From an uncultured Clostridia bacterium (lineage in GTDB: Bacteria > Bacillota > Clostridia > UBA1381): a stretch of 64,000 nt of DNA. Under the pieces are notes generated by a model. That model searched no databases, had not been told where the DNA came from, and worked only from the letters and a program-made list of their open reading frames with translations. Shown one piece after another: positions 47,605 to 58,126 of the stretch; position 1 is the stretch's first letter, and each line of letters opens with the position of its first letter. The stretch lies in assembly GCA_934486735.1 (NCBI GenBank), contig CAKSQL010000005.1, forward strand, positions 22,644-86,643, written 5' to 3'. Made by a program: the position numbers and the translations under genes.

Positions 47605-50436
47605 ATGAATAACTATATAAAAATACAAGGAGCAAGGGTGCACAATCTGAAAAATATCGATATAGATATCCCCCGCGAAAAGCTTGTTGTGCTGACCGGT
47701 CTCTCCGGCTCGGGCAAAAGCTCGCTCGCCTTCGACACAATATATGCCGAGGGGCAGCGGCGGTATGTCGAGTCGCTTTCCTCCTATGCGCGGCAGTTTT
47801 TGGGGCAGATGGAAAAGCCGGATGTGGACTACATCGAAGGACTTTCTCCGGCAATCAGCATAGACCAAAAAACAACATCGAAAAATCCGCGCTCAACCGT
47901 CGGAACGGTTACCGAGATTTACGATTATTTAAGACTTTTGTATGCCAGAATCGGTATTCCCCACTGCCCGAAATGCGGCAAAGAGGTATCAAAGCAGAGC
48001 ATCGACCAGATTGTCGACCGCGTTCTTGCACTTGAAAACGGCACAAAAATACAGATTCTCGCTCCGGTTGTCCGCGGCAAAAAGGGCGAACACAAAAAGA
48101 CCCTCGAAAGCGCAAAGAAAAGCGGCTATGTCCGCGTTCGCGTTGACGGAAATCCGTATGAGCTTTCGGAGGAAATTAATCTTGAAAAGACCAAAAAGCA
48201 CAGTATTGAAATAGTTGTGGACAGACTTATAATCCGCGATGACATTCAAAAAAGGCTTACCGATTCGCTCGAGACCGCCCTCGCACTCACCGGTGACATC
48301 GTTATGGTCGAAATCATCGGCGGCGAAACCATGACATTCAGCCAAAACTACGCCTGCGATGACTGCGGCATAAGCCTGCAGGAGCTTGCTCCGCGGATGT
48401 TCTCGTTCAACAATCCGTACGGTGCGTGTCCCGAGTGCGACGGTCTCGGGAGCAAATTCAAGATAGACCCCGCGCTTATCGTTGCGGACGACAGCCTGAG
48501 CCTTTTGGAGGGCGCAATATATTGCACCGGCTGGGCAGCACCCGGCGTTCCCGACAGCATGGCACACATGTACTACACATCGCTTGCAAAGCACTACGGC
48601 TTTGACATAAACACTCCGTTTCGCGATCTGCCGGACAAAATCAAAAATATTGTTTTCTACGGCAGCGGAAACGAGAAAATCAAGATGGAATACAACCGCG
48701 CATACGGCAACGGAACATACCTCACGCCGTTCGAGGGCGTCATAACCAACCTGGAACGCCGCTACAACGAGACCACCTCCGACTATTCAAAATATGACAT
48801 CGAGCGCTACATGAATGAGGTCGTCTGCAAAAAATGTCACGGCGCAAGGCTCAACGACGAGGTTCTCGCCGTCACTGTAAACGGGATGAATATATACGAT
48901 TTCACCTGCATGTCGATACGCGATGAAATGGATTTTATCGAAAAACTGACCCTGTCCGACCGCGAACAGATGATTGCGGGACAAGTTATAAAGGAAATAA
49001 AGGCTCGTCTGCAATTTCTGCTTGATGTGGGACTTGACTACCTCACGCTTTCGCGCTCCTCGGGAACGCTCTCGGGCGGCGAGGCTCAGCGAATCCGCCT
49101 TGCTACTCAAATAGGCTCGGGACTCATGGGGGTTCTGTATATCCTGGACGAGCCGAGCATAGGACTCCATCAGCGCGACAACAGCAGGCTGATAGAGACG
49201 CTGAAACATCTGCGCGATCTCGGCAACACCGTTATAGTCGTGGAGCATGACGAGGAGACCATGCTTGCCGCCGACCATATTGTCGATATCGGTCCCGGCG
49301 CAGGCATACATGGCGGCGAGGTTGTCGGCGAGGGTACTGCCGCGGAACTTGCAAAATGCAGCCGCTCGATAACGGGAAAATATTTGTCCGGAGAGCTGAA
49401 AATAGAAATCCCCAAAACGCGCAGAAAACCCACCGGCTGGCTTGAAATTGTCGGCGCACAGGAAAACAATCTTAAAAATATAAATGCAAAAATTCCCCTC
49501 GGCACGCTGACCTGTATAACCGGCGTATCCGGCTCGGGCAAAAGCTCGCTTATAAACGAAATCCTCTACAAGCAGCTTGCGCACGACTTGAATCACGCGC
49601 GTGCTCACGCAGGAAAGCACAAAAAGATTTTGGGAATCGAGCAGCTTGACAAAATAATCGATATAAACCAATCGCCAATCGGCAGAACTCCGCGCTCCAA
49701 CCCTGCGACCTACACAAATCTGTTCAATGATATCCGCGACGTTTTCGCCTCGACCAACGAAGCAAAAATCCGCGGCTACAAGGCAGGCAGATTCAGCTTT
49801 AATGTCAAGGGCGGACGCTGCGAGGCTTGCGCCGGGGACGGAATTGTGAAAATCGAGATGCATTTTCTTGCCGATATATTTGTCCCCTGCGAGGTCTGCA
49901 AGGGCAAGCGCTACAATCGCGAAACGCTCGAAGTTAAGTACAAGGGCAAGAACATTTACGATGTACTTGAAATGACAGTTGACGAAGCGGTCGAATTTTT
50001 CAAGAACCTGCCAAAGCTGAAAAGAAAGCTTGAAACATTGCAAAGCGTAGGGCTCGGGTATATCAAGCTGGGGCAAAGTTCCACCACCCTCTCGGGCGGC
50101 GAGGCTCAGCGTGTTAAGCTTGCGACAGAGCTTTCCAAGCGCAGCACCGGCAAAACGATATATATTCTCGATGAGCCGACCACAGGTCTGCACACCGCCG
50201 ATGTTCACAAATTGACCGAGGTTTTGCAGCAATTGGTTGACGCCGGCAACAGCGTTGTTGTTATCGAGCACAATCTTGATGTTATCAAAACCGCCGACTA
50301 CATCCTCGACTTAGGTCCCGAGGGCGGCAGCGGCGGCGGCAGAATCATCGCCTCCGGAACACCGGAGCAGGTTGCAAAAACCAAAGGCTCTTACACAGGA
50401 ATGTATCTGAAAAAAATATTAAGCGACAACAAATAA
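47605..50436 (+). CDS. uvrA: Excinuclease ABC subunit A
   Basis: [31 protein letters not shown], two ABC ATPase modules and zinc-finger Cys clusters. Confidence 0.95.
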   Translation: MNNYIKIQGARVHNLKNIDIDIPREKLVVLTGLSGSGKSSLAFDTIYAEGQRRYVESLSSYARQFLGQMEKPDVDYIEGLSPAISIDQKTTSKNPRSTVGTVTEIYDYLRLLYARIGIPHCPKCGKEVSKQSIDQIVDRVLALENGTKIQILAPVVRGKKGEHKKTLESAKKSGYVRVRVDGNPYELSEEINLEKTKKHSIEIVVDRLIIRDDIQKRLTDSLETALALTGDIVMVEIIGGETMTFSQNYACDDCGISLQELAPRMFSFNNPYGACPECDGLGSKFKIDPALIVADDSLSLLEGAIYCTGWAAPGVPDSMAHMYYTSLAKHYGFDINTPFRDLPDKIKNIVFYGSGNEKIKMEYNRAYGNGTYLTPFEGVITNLERRYNETTSDYSKYDIERYMNEVVCKKCHGARLNDEVLAVTVNGMNIYDFTCMSIRDEMDFIEKLTLSDREQMIAGQVIKEIKARLQFLLDVGLDYLTLSRSSGTLSGGEAQRIRLATQIGSGLMGVLYILDEPSIGLHQRDNSRLIETLKHLRDLGNTVIVVEHDEETMLAADHIVDIGPGAGIHGGEVVGEGTAAELAKCSRSITGKYLSGELKIEIPKTRRKPTGWLEIVGAQENNLKNINAKIPLGTLTCITGVSGSGKSSLINEILYKQLAHDLNHARAHAGKHKKILGIEQLDKIIDINQSPIGRTPRSNPATYTNLFNDIRDVFASTNEAKIRGYKAGRFSFNVKGGRCEACAGDGIVKIEMHFLADIFVPCEVCKGKRYNRETLEVKYKGKNIYDVLEMTVDEAVEFFKNLPKLKRKLETLQSVGLGYIKLGQSSTTLSGGEAQRVKLATELSKRSTGKTIYILDEPTTGLHTADVHKLTEVLQQLVDAGNSVVVIEHNLDVIKTADYILDLGPEGGSGGGRIIASGTPEQVAKTKGSYTGMYLKKILSDNK

Positions 50437-50471
50437 TCCGCAGGGAACTGTAAAAAAAATAGCATAGAACG

Positions 50472-50513
50472 CTTCAAACGCACCGGCGTACTCTAAAAGC
50501 GGTGCGTTTGAAG
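50472..50513 (+). terminator. Stem-loop downstream of uvrA (terminator-like; weak U-tract)
   Basis: Perfect 14-bp stem CTTCAAACGCACCG/CGGTGCGTTTGAAG with a 14-nt loop. Confidence 0.5.
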
Positions 50514-50681
50514 TGTAGTTCAAGGGCAAAAACAGATAGAAATCCGCAATTTTGTGGATTTTAGCCTAAATTTATACCTTTTCAAACAAATGGTATAAAT
50601 TTAAAATCTATGCCATTGAACGGACTGTGCCTTTTTTTGCAGCCCCCAACGAAACAATCCGGGAAAGGAACTATAATAACC

Positions 50682-51332
50682 ATGTACAATTCAATTCTTT
50701 TCGACCTTGACGGAACACTGACCGACCCCAAGGACGGAATCACAAAATGCGTGCAATATGCACTTGAAAAAATGGGAATCACTCCGCCGCCGCAGGACGA
50801 TCTGCTCTGCTTTATAGGTCCGCCGCTGGTCGATTCGTTTATGAAATTCTGCAAAATGTCGGCAGACGATTCCGAGCTTGCGCTCAAATTCTACCGCGAA
50901 CGCTTTTCCGACATCGGAATTTTTGAAAATTCGGTTATAAAGGGAATCCCCGAGCTTTTGAAAAAGCTAAAAGAGCATGGATATACAATCGCGCTTGCCA
51001 CCTCCAAGCCGCAGGTATACGCAAAAAGGATACTGGAGCATTTTGACCTTGCAAAATACTTTGATATCGAGGTCGGTGCAGAACTTGACGGCACAAGAAA
51101 CGCAAAAAAAGACGTGATTGCCGAGGTTTTGAGACAACTGCCCGATACCGCCGTCCCTGTCATGGTCGGCGACCGCCGCCAGGACGTAATCGGTGCAAAG
51201 GCATGCGCTGTCCCCTGCATCGGCGTACGTTTCGGCTATGCCGAGGAAAATGAGCTTGAGTCAGCCGGCGCGGATATGATTGCCGAAACCGTCGATGAGC
51301 TTTATGACATTATATTAAAATCATATAAATAG
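50682..51332 (+). CDS. HAD-superfamily hydrolase (phosphoglycolate phosphatase-like)
   Basis: Motif I is FDLDGTLTD and motif IV is VGDRRQD. I moved the start to MYNSILFDLDG (ATG 50682, SD GGGAAAGGAA). Confidence 0.8.
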   Translation: MYNSILFDLDGTLTDPKDGITKCVQYALEKMGITPPPQDDLLCFIGPPLVDSFMKFCKMSADDSELALKFYRERFSDIGIFENSVIKGIPELLKKLKEHGYTIALATSKPQVYAKRILEHFDLAKYFDIEVGAELDGTRNAKKDVIAEVLRQLPDTAVPVMVGDRRQDVIGAKACAVPCIGVRFGYAEENELESAGADMIAETVDELYDIILKSYK

Positions 51333-51376
51333 TCACATAATCATTATTTTTCGGTCAAAGCAATGTGAGAATAAGC

Positions 51377-51418
51377 GAAAAGCTATGATATTTAAATCAA
51401 TTCATATCATAGCTTTTC
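51377..51418. terminator. Bidirectional terminator-like hairpin between convergent genes
   Basis: Perfect 14-bp stem GAAAAGCTATGATA/TATCATAGCTTTTC. Confidence 0.55.
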
Positions 51419-51589
51419 ATTTTCGTCACAAAGTACTCCTTATTGCTTTCAATTACCGTTCGGACGGCATCCTCACACCGGTAAATAAACTCTGCCCACA
51501 CAAAAAAACCGCAAACTGTTGCAATCGGCAGAAAAATCCATCAATCGGATATTACAATTACATCGTCCTGTATAGGCAGAGTTTTTATT

Positions 51590-52978
51590 CTATTCTTCTT
51601 TTTCGGCAGCATCCAGCATTTTCAGCGCCTCAATCGCAATAGAACATTCGACGCGCTTGCGCTCCATATCGCACGCCAGTTCATACGGCTTATCGATATC
51701 GCTGTTGAAGTTATACGCATTTGCCGGACAGCCGCCGCTGCAATAGAATTTCGCAAAGCAATCGGCGCATTTCGGCTTTGTATACACGTTTGATTTTTCA
51801 AACATTTCCTTAATCTCGGGCTTTGTTATTCCCTCGAACACATTGCCCATCTTAAACTTCTCGTTTCCGACGAACTGGTGGCAGGGATAAATATCGCCCT
51901 CCGGAGTAACCGCCAGGTACTCATGTCCCGAGCCGCAGCCGGACAGTCTTTTTATAACGCAGGGACCCTGTTCTAAGTCAATCATAAAGTGGAAGAAATT
52001 GAACCCTCTACCCTCGCGTCTGCGCTTGACATACTCCTCTGCCAGCTTGTCATATTCCTCGAATATAACCGGCAGATGCTCTTTTTTGAGCGCATAGTCC
52101 TCGGTTTCGGGTGCGACAACCGGCTCAACGCTTGTCTGCTTAAAGCCCAAGTCCGCCATATGCAGAACGTCCTCGGAAAAATGCAGGTTTTTAGAGGTGA
52201 ACGTGCCGCGCACATAATAATTATCCTGGTTTCTGCTTTCGGCAAGGTCGATAAATTTCGGAACAATCGTATCATACGAGCCGCTGCCGTCAACGCGGTA
52301 TCTCATTCTGTCGTTCGTTTCCTTTTTGCCGTCGAGACTCAGCACCACGTTGGACATGTTCTCGTTGACATATTCCTTAACCTTTTCATCGAGCAAAACG
52401 CCGTTCGTGGTTATGGTGAATCTGAAATTCTTGCCATGCTTTTCGCCCTCTTTTTTGGCATACTCGGTTATCTCCTTAACCACTTCAAAATTCATGAGCG
52501 GCTCTCCGCCAAAATAGTCAAGCTCTATATTTTTTCTCTCTCCCGAGTTCGCAATTACAAAATCAATCGCCTTTTTGCCCACCTCGGCGCTCATAATGCT
52601 CCTGTGACCATGAAATTCGCCTGTGTCGGCAAAGCAATATTTGCATCTGAGATTACAGTCGTGCGCCACGTGCAGGCACAACGCCTTTACAACCGACTTT
52701 TTGTGCCAGTTCTTTGCCACCTCGCTGTATATATCGGGGCAGAAAAGCAAATTTTCATCATAAAGCTGACGCATTTCCTCATACGCTTCATCGATTTCAT
52801 TTTCGGAATATTTTTTGAGTAATTCCTCTTTAACCCTTTTCGGACATGCTTCTTCCTTTTCAAAATTATCGCCGAACAAATCAAGCATATCATAAAAAGC
52901 ATCATCCACCAGATGAACGCTGCCGCTGTATACATCGAGAACAATATTCAGCCCCATCTGTTTAAACTTATGTACCAA
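51590..52978 (-). CDS. scfB: Radical SAM/SPASM thioether-forming SCIFF peptide maturase
   Basis: The radical SAM motif is CNLRCKYC. The C-terminal SPASM Cys clusters read CGSGHEYLAVTPEGDIYPCHQF and KCADCFAKFYCSGGCPANA. The N-terminus is MVHKFKQMGLNIVLDVYSGSVHLVDD. The TTG start lies 8 nt after GGGAGG. The gene is immediately downstream of a SCIFF precursor gene. Confidence 0.9.
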   Translation of the reverse strand: MVHKFKQMGLNIVLDVYSGSVHLVDDAFYDMLDLFGDNFEKEEACPKRVKEELLKKYSENEIDEAYEEMRQLYDENLLFCPDIYSEVAKNWHKKSVVKALCLHVAHDCNLRCKYCFADTGEFHGHRSIMSAEVGKKAIDFVIANSGERKNIELDYFGGEPLMNFEVVKEITEYAKKEGEKHGKNFRFTITTNGVLLDEKVKEYVNENMSNVVLSLDGKKETNDRMRYRVDGSGSYDTIVPKFIDLAESRNQDNYYVRGTFTSKNLHFSEDVLHMADLGFKQTSVEPVVAPETEDYALKKEHLPVIFEEYDKLAEEYVKRRREGRGFNFFHFMIDLEQGPCVIKRLSGCGSGHEYLAVTPEGDIYPCHQFVGNEKFKMGNVFEGITKPEIKEMFEKSNVYTKPKCADCFAKFYCSGGCPANAYNFNSDIDKPYELACDMERKRVECSIAIEALKMLDAAEKEE

Positions 52979-53149
52979 TTAAACGACCTCCCGTAGCTTT
53001 TAAAAAAATCAGGAAAGCGCCGTTTCCATCGTCCCGGACGTGAAAACACCGGCGCTTCCGCCGCACCTGTGCATTTTTCGCCAAATGTAAAAGGCGGCAG
53101 ATGCATTCTTTTTACTTTATCAAAATATATACTCTCCAATAAAATAAAA

Positions 53150-53176
53150 AGCTGTTACAATCATTCTGCAACAGCT
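53150..53176 (-). terminator. Hairpin + U-run between the precursor and maturase genes (partial terminator/attenuator)
   Basis: Stem AGCTGTT/AACAGCT, followed on the minus strand by TTTTATTTT. It starts 8 nt after the scfA stop. Confidence 0.5.
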
Positions 53177-53183
53177 CTTTTTC

Positions 53184-53324
53184 TTAGTTTCTTTCGCACT
53201 TCTGATTTGCAACTGTGCATGAAGTTTTACATGCTGACTGACATGATGTCTGGCATTCGCCGCAGCCGCCATGCTTTGCACTGTTCTTCAAAGTAGCTTT
53301 ATTCAAAGTTTTTACGTGCTTCAT
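53184..53324 (-). CDS. scfA: SCIFF (six-cysteines-in-forty-five) ribosomal peptide precursor, 46 aa
   Basis: Hand translation gives MKHVKTLNKATLKNSAKHGGCGECQTSCQSACKTSCTVANQKCERN, with six Cys in the C-terminal half. An SD (GGGAGGAAA) precedes the ATG. The gene is too short for the ORF track. Confidence 0.9.
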   Translation of the reverse strand: MKHVKTLNKATLKNSAKHGGCGECQTSCQSACKTSCTVANQKCERN

Positions 53325-53440
53325 CAAAAAATTTCCTCCCTTAAATCATATGTCGCATCCGGCTGAAATAACAGCCTTTATATTATTATAACACATAAAT
53401 TGCAAAAAGAAAAGAGAAATTTGAAAATTTTTCAAAAAAT

Positions 53441-53815
53441 TTATCGTCTTATCCCGAGTATTCCGCCCAGCATGCCGCACGCAAGCACGCACAAAGCCAT
53501 GCTTGCCAGTCCCGAATCGGGCGAAAAGCCGCGCTCGGAAATTATATTCGACACAATCATAATCAAAATATAACCGATTCCGAGGACCGCCCCGTGCCAA
53601 AGCCCCAGACTCCCTGCGCCGTGTGCAGCCATTGCCGCGCCCAAAAAAGCGCTTATCCCTGCCGCAGCCAGCACCAAGAGTCCCAAAAGTCTGTCCGAAA
53701 CCTCGGCAAAATAGCACACCGCCGCGATTACCAGTATGAAAACAAAGGTCAGCACAAGCGATGCTATGATTCCCTTTCCGATTTCCGTCATATTAAGCCG
53801 TTTTCCGTCACCCAT
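53441..53815 (-). CDS. Small polytopic membrane protein (YrzE/TIGR04086-like)
   Basis: 124 aa with four hydrophobic, Gly/Ala-rich segments. An SD (GGAGG) lies 8 nt before the ATG. The family name is from memory and the position next to yajC is consistent with it. Confidence 0.5.
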   Translation of the reverse strand: MGDGKRLNMTEIGKGIIASLVLTFVFILVIAAVCYFAEVSDRLLGLLVLAAAGISAFLGAAMAAHGAGSLGLWHGAVLGIGYILIMIVSNIISERGFSPDSGLASMALCVLACGMLGGILGIRR

Positions 53816-53877
53816 AATCCAAACCTCCGTAATATCATATTTATACTATAATATTACAAAGCTTTTCCGATTATGCG

Positions 53878-54315
53878 TTATTTATTTTCTTCTTCCTCGT
53901 CGGGAATTTCCGGAATACTGTCCATCTTTTTGTTGTCGGCTTTCTTTTCGACAAGCTTAACAGCCTGGCGCTCCATTTTAAGAACCGCCTTTTCGCCCGG
54001 ATTTCCGATGTTGCCCGTCTCGATAAAGATATAATCATCCTTTATCTTCACAACCTTGCCCCAGATTCCGCCGATTGTGACAATTTTGTCTCCGACGGTC
54101 AGAGCAGCTATCATAGCCTGCGCTTCCTTTTCCTTTTTCCTCTGCGGACGTATCAGAATGAAATACATGATTGCAAACAGAGCAACCATCATGATAAGCG
54201 GTCCGAATTGTCCCATTACCTGCTGTGCGGCAGTTGCGGCAGCCGCGTCATTTGCAGCAACCTCGGCAGCGCCCTCGGCAGCCTGCTTTGCAAAAGCTGT
54301 TATAGTTCCCAGCAT
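53878..54315 (-). CDS. yajC: Preprotein translocase subunit YajC
   Basis: The single TM and the motif read PLIMMVALFAIMYFILIRPQRKKEKE...LTVGDKIVTIGGIWGKVVKI. I moved the start to MLGTITAF (ATG 54315, SD AAAGGAGAG). The ORF-track extension to 54528 has no support. Confidence 0.85.
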   Translation of the reverse strand: MLGTITAFAKQAAEGAAEVAANDAAAATAAQQVMGQFGPLIMMVALFAIMYFILIRPQRKKEKEAQAMIAALTVGDKIVTIGGIWGKVVKIKDDYIFIETGNIGNPGEKAVLKMERQAVKLVEKKADNKKMDSIPEIPDEEEENK

Positions 54316-54674
54316 AACAACACTCTCCTTTTTATTTATCGGGTAAAACTTATCCGTTACCCTTTTTCTTTGCGGCAATAATCTTTTACGCCGCAATAAT
54401 ATTATTATACAATATATCGGCGTTTTTTTCAAGTATAATTTAAAAATTTTTACTTTATTAACAGAAAATTTATATAAATACCGGTCAAAAGAGCATCGGC
54501 GCATAGAATTTCTTCTTTGCGCCGACATCCCTTTTTATGAAATTTAAAGAAAGAACTTATGATTTTAATTGTGTATATCTTTCCTTTGTCTATCTCAACC
54601 TTCTTTGAAAGGTCAAGCTCGGCGGAATCGGTTGTCTCGTCCATCTTTACGCTGTACGCCTTTTTGTACGGAAA

Positions 54675-54708
54675 ACGGAGTAGCTCCGACAGTTTGGAAC
54701 TACTCCGT
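54675..54708 (-). terminator. Intrinsic terminator after rpmB
   Basis: Stem ACGGAGTAG/CTACTCCGT, followed on the minus strand by a TTTTC run. Confidence 0.6.
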
Positions 54709-54753
54709 AAAAAACTTCCTTAGGTGGCTGTCACTAACGACAGTCCTTTTTAA

Positions 54754-54942
54754 TTATACCGCGCGGTTTACCTTTCCCGAACGGAGACAGCGTGTGCAAA
54801 CGTGTACCGACTTCGGAGTTCCGTTTACAATCGCTCTTACCTTACGAACATTGGGTTTCCATGCTCTGTTTGATCTTCTGTGCGAGTGGCTCATCTTTAT
54901 ACCAAATGATACGCCCTTTCCGCAGATATCGCATTTTGCCAT
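54754..54942 (-). CDS. rpmB: 50S ribosomal protein L28
   Basis: MAKCDICGKGVSFGIKMSHSHRRSNRAWKPNVRKVRAIVNG... is a classic L28 sequence. Confidence 0.95.
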   Translation of the reverse strand: MAKCDICGKGVSFGIKMSHSHRRSNRAWKPNVRKVRAIVNGTPKSVHVCTRCLRSGKVNRAV

Positions 54943-55289
54943 TTGTTACACCTCCTATTATGCCTGATGAAATATCAAAACATTAATATTTTAACACATT
55001 TTTTTCGAAAATGCAATACTTTTTCGAAAAAATTATATACTTTTTATCATTATCGTTGTATATAAGTCAATTATTCGGTACAAAACTTCACAATTGTTAT
55101 AAATTTGAAGAAATTTTGCTTTTGCTATTTAAATATTTGAAGAAATATTGTATAATATAATAAGAGTATAATGGGTAAATTTGAATCCTGTCCGGATTCA
55201 TTGCAAAGTATGAAAACAGATTCCGCGCCCTTTTCCGCCCGCAGGACAAGGAGTGCACAAAACCGATACTTCCTGCGGGCAGAAAGGCT

Positions 55290-56243
55290 ATGGAACCTAA
55301 AATGGCAAATGACAACGCATTTTCAATATCTCTGCCGACGATATTGGAGGAATTTCAGTTTGAACGTCTTTACGAATCCACCGACTGCGCAGACGTGAAA
55401 ATTACAAGCGCGGACTTAAACCGTCCCGGCTTACAGATTGTCGGATTTTACGACTATTTTGACCCTCAGCGCATACAAATAATGGGTAAGGTGGAATTTA
55501 CTTATCTTGAACAATTCTCGGGCGAAAAGCGCTATGAGCTTTTGGAAAAGCTTTTCTCAAAAAAAATCCCTCTGCTTATTGTCACGCGCGGGATTCAGAT
55601 ATGCCCCGAGATGATGATGCTCGCCGAAAAATACGACGTTACGCTTGTGAGAAGCGAGGAGGCGACCTCCAGTCTTATGAGCGCGCTTATCAGCTATCTC
55701 AATGTCCAGATTGCGCCGCGCATAACGCGCCACGGCGTTTTGGTAGAGGTTTACGGCGAGGGAATACTTATCCTGGGCGAAAGCGGCGTCGGCAAAAGCG
55801 AGGCTGCAATTGAGCTTTTGAAAAGAGGACACCGTCTCGTTGCCGACGATGCGGTCGAGATAAAAAGAGTTTCGTCAAAAACTCTGGTCGGCTCATCTCC
55901 GGCAATCATACGCCATTTTGTTGAGCTGCGCGGTATCGGAATCATCGACGTAAAAGAAATATTCGGTATAGGCGCGGTCAAGGACACCGAGAGCATAGAC
56001 CTTATTATCCACCTCGAGCCATGGGAGGAAAACAAGCAATACGACCGTCTCGGCATGGTGGACGAATACACGAACATAATGGGAATCAACGTTTCAAGTC
56101 TGACAATCCCGGTTAAGCTGGGCAGAAATCTGGCTGTCATAATCGAGGTTGCGGCTATGAACAACAGACAAAAACGCATGGGCTACAATGCGGCGGTGGA
56201 GCTTAACAACCGTCTCATGAAAGAAATGCAATTCAGCGAATAA
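55290..56243 (+). CDS. hprK: HPr kinase/phosphorylase
   Basis: HGVLVEVYGEGILILGESGVGKSEAAIELLKRGHRLVADDAVEI plus the C-terminal signature. The alternative start is 55302. Confidence 0.9.
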   Translation: MEPKMANDNAFSISLPTILEEFQFERLYESTDCADVKITSADLNRPGLQIVGFYDYFDPQRIQIMGKVEFTYLEQFSGEKRYELLEKLFSKKIPLLIVTRGIQICPEMMMLAEKYDVTLVRSEEATSSLMSALISYLNVQIAPRITRHGVLVEVYGEGILILGESGVGKSEAAIELLKRGHRLVADDAVEIKRVSSKTLVGSSPAIIRHFVELRGIGIIDVKEIFGIGAVKDTESIDLIIHLEPWEENKQYDRLGMVDEYTNIMGINVSSLTIPVKLGRNLAVIIEVAAMNNRQKRMGYNAAVELNNRLMKEMQFSE

Positions 56244-56269
56244 TTATTTTTTTGAAAGGCGGCAGTATC

Positions 56270-57169
56270 ATGACTTTTTCAGACGAGCTTAAAAAGGTTT
56301 GTCCCGACACAAAGGAAAACGAACCGATGCGCCTGCACACGACATTTCGGATAGGCGGTGCGGCTGACTTCCTCTCCTCCCCGTCGGATATATCCCAGCT
56401 TATCGCAAGTTTAACGCTGTGCCGCGAAAATCAAGTTCCGTACATGATACTCGGCAACGGCTCGAACATGCTTGTAAGCGACGGCGGAATCGAGGGCGTT
56501 GTTATCGACATTTCCGCATCGTTCACATCAATCGCACGAGACGGCTGCACTCTCTCGGCGGACGCCGGTGTGCTGATGCCGCGGCTTGCGCGCTTTGCCA
56601 TGGACGGCGGGCTTTCCGGAATGGAGCAGATATCCGGGATTCCCGGCACTCTCGGCGGCGCGGTCTGCATGAACGCCGGAGCATACGGCAGGGAGATTAA
56701 AGACATCATCACCTCGGTGACATATCTTGACGAGGATTTATCGGTAAAAAAGGCATCGGGAGATGAACTCGGATTCGGCTACAGGAAAAGCATGTTTTCC
56801 GACCGAAATTGCATTGTTCTTTCGGCAGAGCTTGCACTCTGCCCCGGTGACCCGAAAAAAATTCAAAGCGAAACCGCGATATACACCGAGAAACGAGTTT
56901 CGAAACAGCCGCTGAATCTGCCGAGCGCAGGCAGCGTTTTCAAGCGCCCGGAGGGTTATTTTGCCGGAGATTTGATTGAGCGCGCCGGCTTGAAAGGATT
57001 TAGAATCGGCGGCGCGGAGGTTTCAAAAAAGCATGCCGGATTCATTGTAAACGCAGACAATGCATCCGCCGCGGACGTTATCGCCTTGATTGAACATATA
57101 CAAAAAACCGTCAAAGAAAAATTTTCGGTCACTCTCGAACCCGAGATAAAGCTGACCGGCAGGCGCTGA
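56270..57169 (+). CDS. murB: UDP-N-acetylmuramate dehydrogenase
   Basis: The FAD-binding N-terminus contains TFRIGGAADF. The C-terminal motif is PSAGSVFKRPEG. I preferred the start at ATG 56270. Confidence 0.9.
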   Translation: MTFSDELKKVCPDTKENEPMRLHTTFRIGGAADFLSSPSDISQLIASLTLCRENQVPYMILGNGSNMLVSDGGIEGVVIDISASFTSIARDGCTLSADAGVLMPRLARFAMDGGLSGMEQISGIPGTLGGAVCMNAGAYGREIKDIITSVTYLDEDLSVKKASGDELGFGYRKSMFSDRNCIVLSAELALCPGDPKKIQSETAIYTEKRVSKQPLNLPSAGSVFKRPEGYFAGDLIERAGLKGFRIGGAEVSKKHAGFIVNADNASAADVIALIEHIQKTVKEKFSVTLEPEIKLTGRR

Positions 57170-57257
57170 AGCAAGCAGAATACAGAGATTTAATTAGGTA
57201 ATTGTACGTTTTTGCAATTACCTAAAGCATTTATATAAGTAAGAGGGGATGTTATCA

Positions 57258-58121
57258 ATGACACAATTCACCGTTGTTACCGGGCTGTCCGGATCGGGCA
57301 AAACGCAGGTTGTCAGATTTTTGGAGGACAGAGGCTTTTTTTGCATAGACAATATGCCGCCGATGCTCATTCCGCAGGTCGCACAGCTTTTTGTTTCGAT
57401 GAACGGGAAATACGACCGAATCGCATTTGTGGTCGATACCCGAGTGGGCGAGTTTATAAATGAACTTTTGGACAATTTAAAAACGCTCCGCGACAGCGGA
57501 TACCCTTGCAAACTCCTCTTCCTCGACGCGGACGACGAAACGCTTGTAAAGCGTTATAAGGAGACGCGGCGCGTGCATCCGCTTTCGGGAAACAAAGGAC
57601 TTTTGGACAGCATTCAACGCGAGCGGAAGATTTTGCAGCAGCTTTTTTTGGCTGCCGATTATGTTATAAACACATCTAATCTGTCACTGCACGAGCTTTC
57701 GTCCGAGCTTAAAAAAATCTATGACAAGGACGAAACCGGGACGAATCTCACAATCGACATTTCGGCATTCGGCTTTAAATACGGCTTGCCGCTCGATTCC
57801 GACCTTGTTTTTGATGTCCGCTGCTTTCCCAACCCGTTTTATATAGACGAGCTGAAAGAAAAGACCGGACTTGACACCGAGGTGCGCGACTACGTTATGG
57901 GCTTTTCGCAGTCGCAGGAATTTATGAAAAAGCTTGAGGACATGATACTGTTCCTCCTCCCTCTCTATATCGAGGAGGGCAAAACGAGCCTCACCGTTGC
58001 CATCGGCTGCACCGGGGGAAAGCACCGCAGCGTCACGATGGCATATCTTCTCGGCGAATTTTTGACCCAAAAAGGGTACAAGGTGAATATGGTATACCGA
58101 GACGTTGAGAAAGGAAGATAA
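57258..58121 (+). CDS. rapZ: RNase adapter protein RapZ
   Basis: [29 protein letters not shown] and IGCTGGKHRSV. I preferred the start at ATG 57258 (SD AAGAGGGG). Confidence 0.9.
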   Translation: MTQFTVVTGLSGSGKTQVVRFLEDRGFFCIDNMPPMLIPQVAQLFVSMNGKYDRIAFVVDTRVGEFINELLDNLKTLRDSGYPCKLLFLDADDETLVKRYKETRRVHPLSGNKGLLDSIQRERKILQQLFLAADYVINTSNLSLHELSSELKKIYDKDETGTNLTIDISAFGFKYGLPLDSDLVFDVRCFPNPFYIDELKEKTGLDTEVRDYVMGFSQSQEFMKKLEDMILFLLPLYIEEGKTSLTVAIGCTGGKHRSVTMAYLLGEFLTQKGYKVNMVYRDVEKGR

Positions 58122-58126
58122 AAGTT

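Noticed and set aside
51385-51642. An 85-aa plus-strand ORF between the HAD gene and scfB.
   Set aside because: It begins inside a terminator hairpin, overlaps the 3' end of scfB on the opposite strand, has no SD and has a low-complexity sequence.
54316-54528. The 71-codon N-terminal extension of the yajC ORF.
   Set aside because: The extension is basic, low-complexity and AT-rich promoter-like sequence. A strong SD (AAAGGAGAG) precedes the internal ATG at 54315, which gives a normal YajC.
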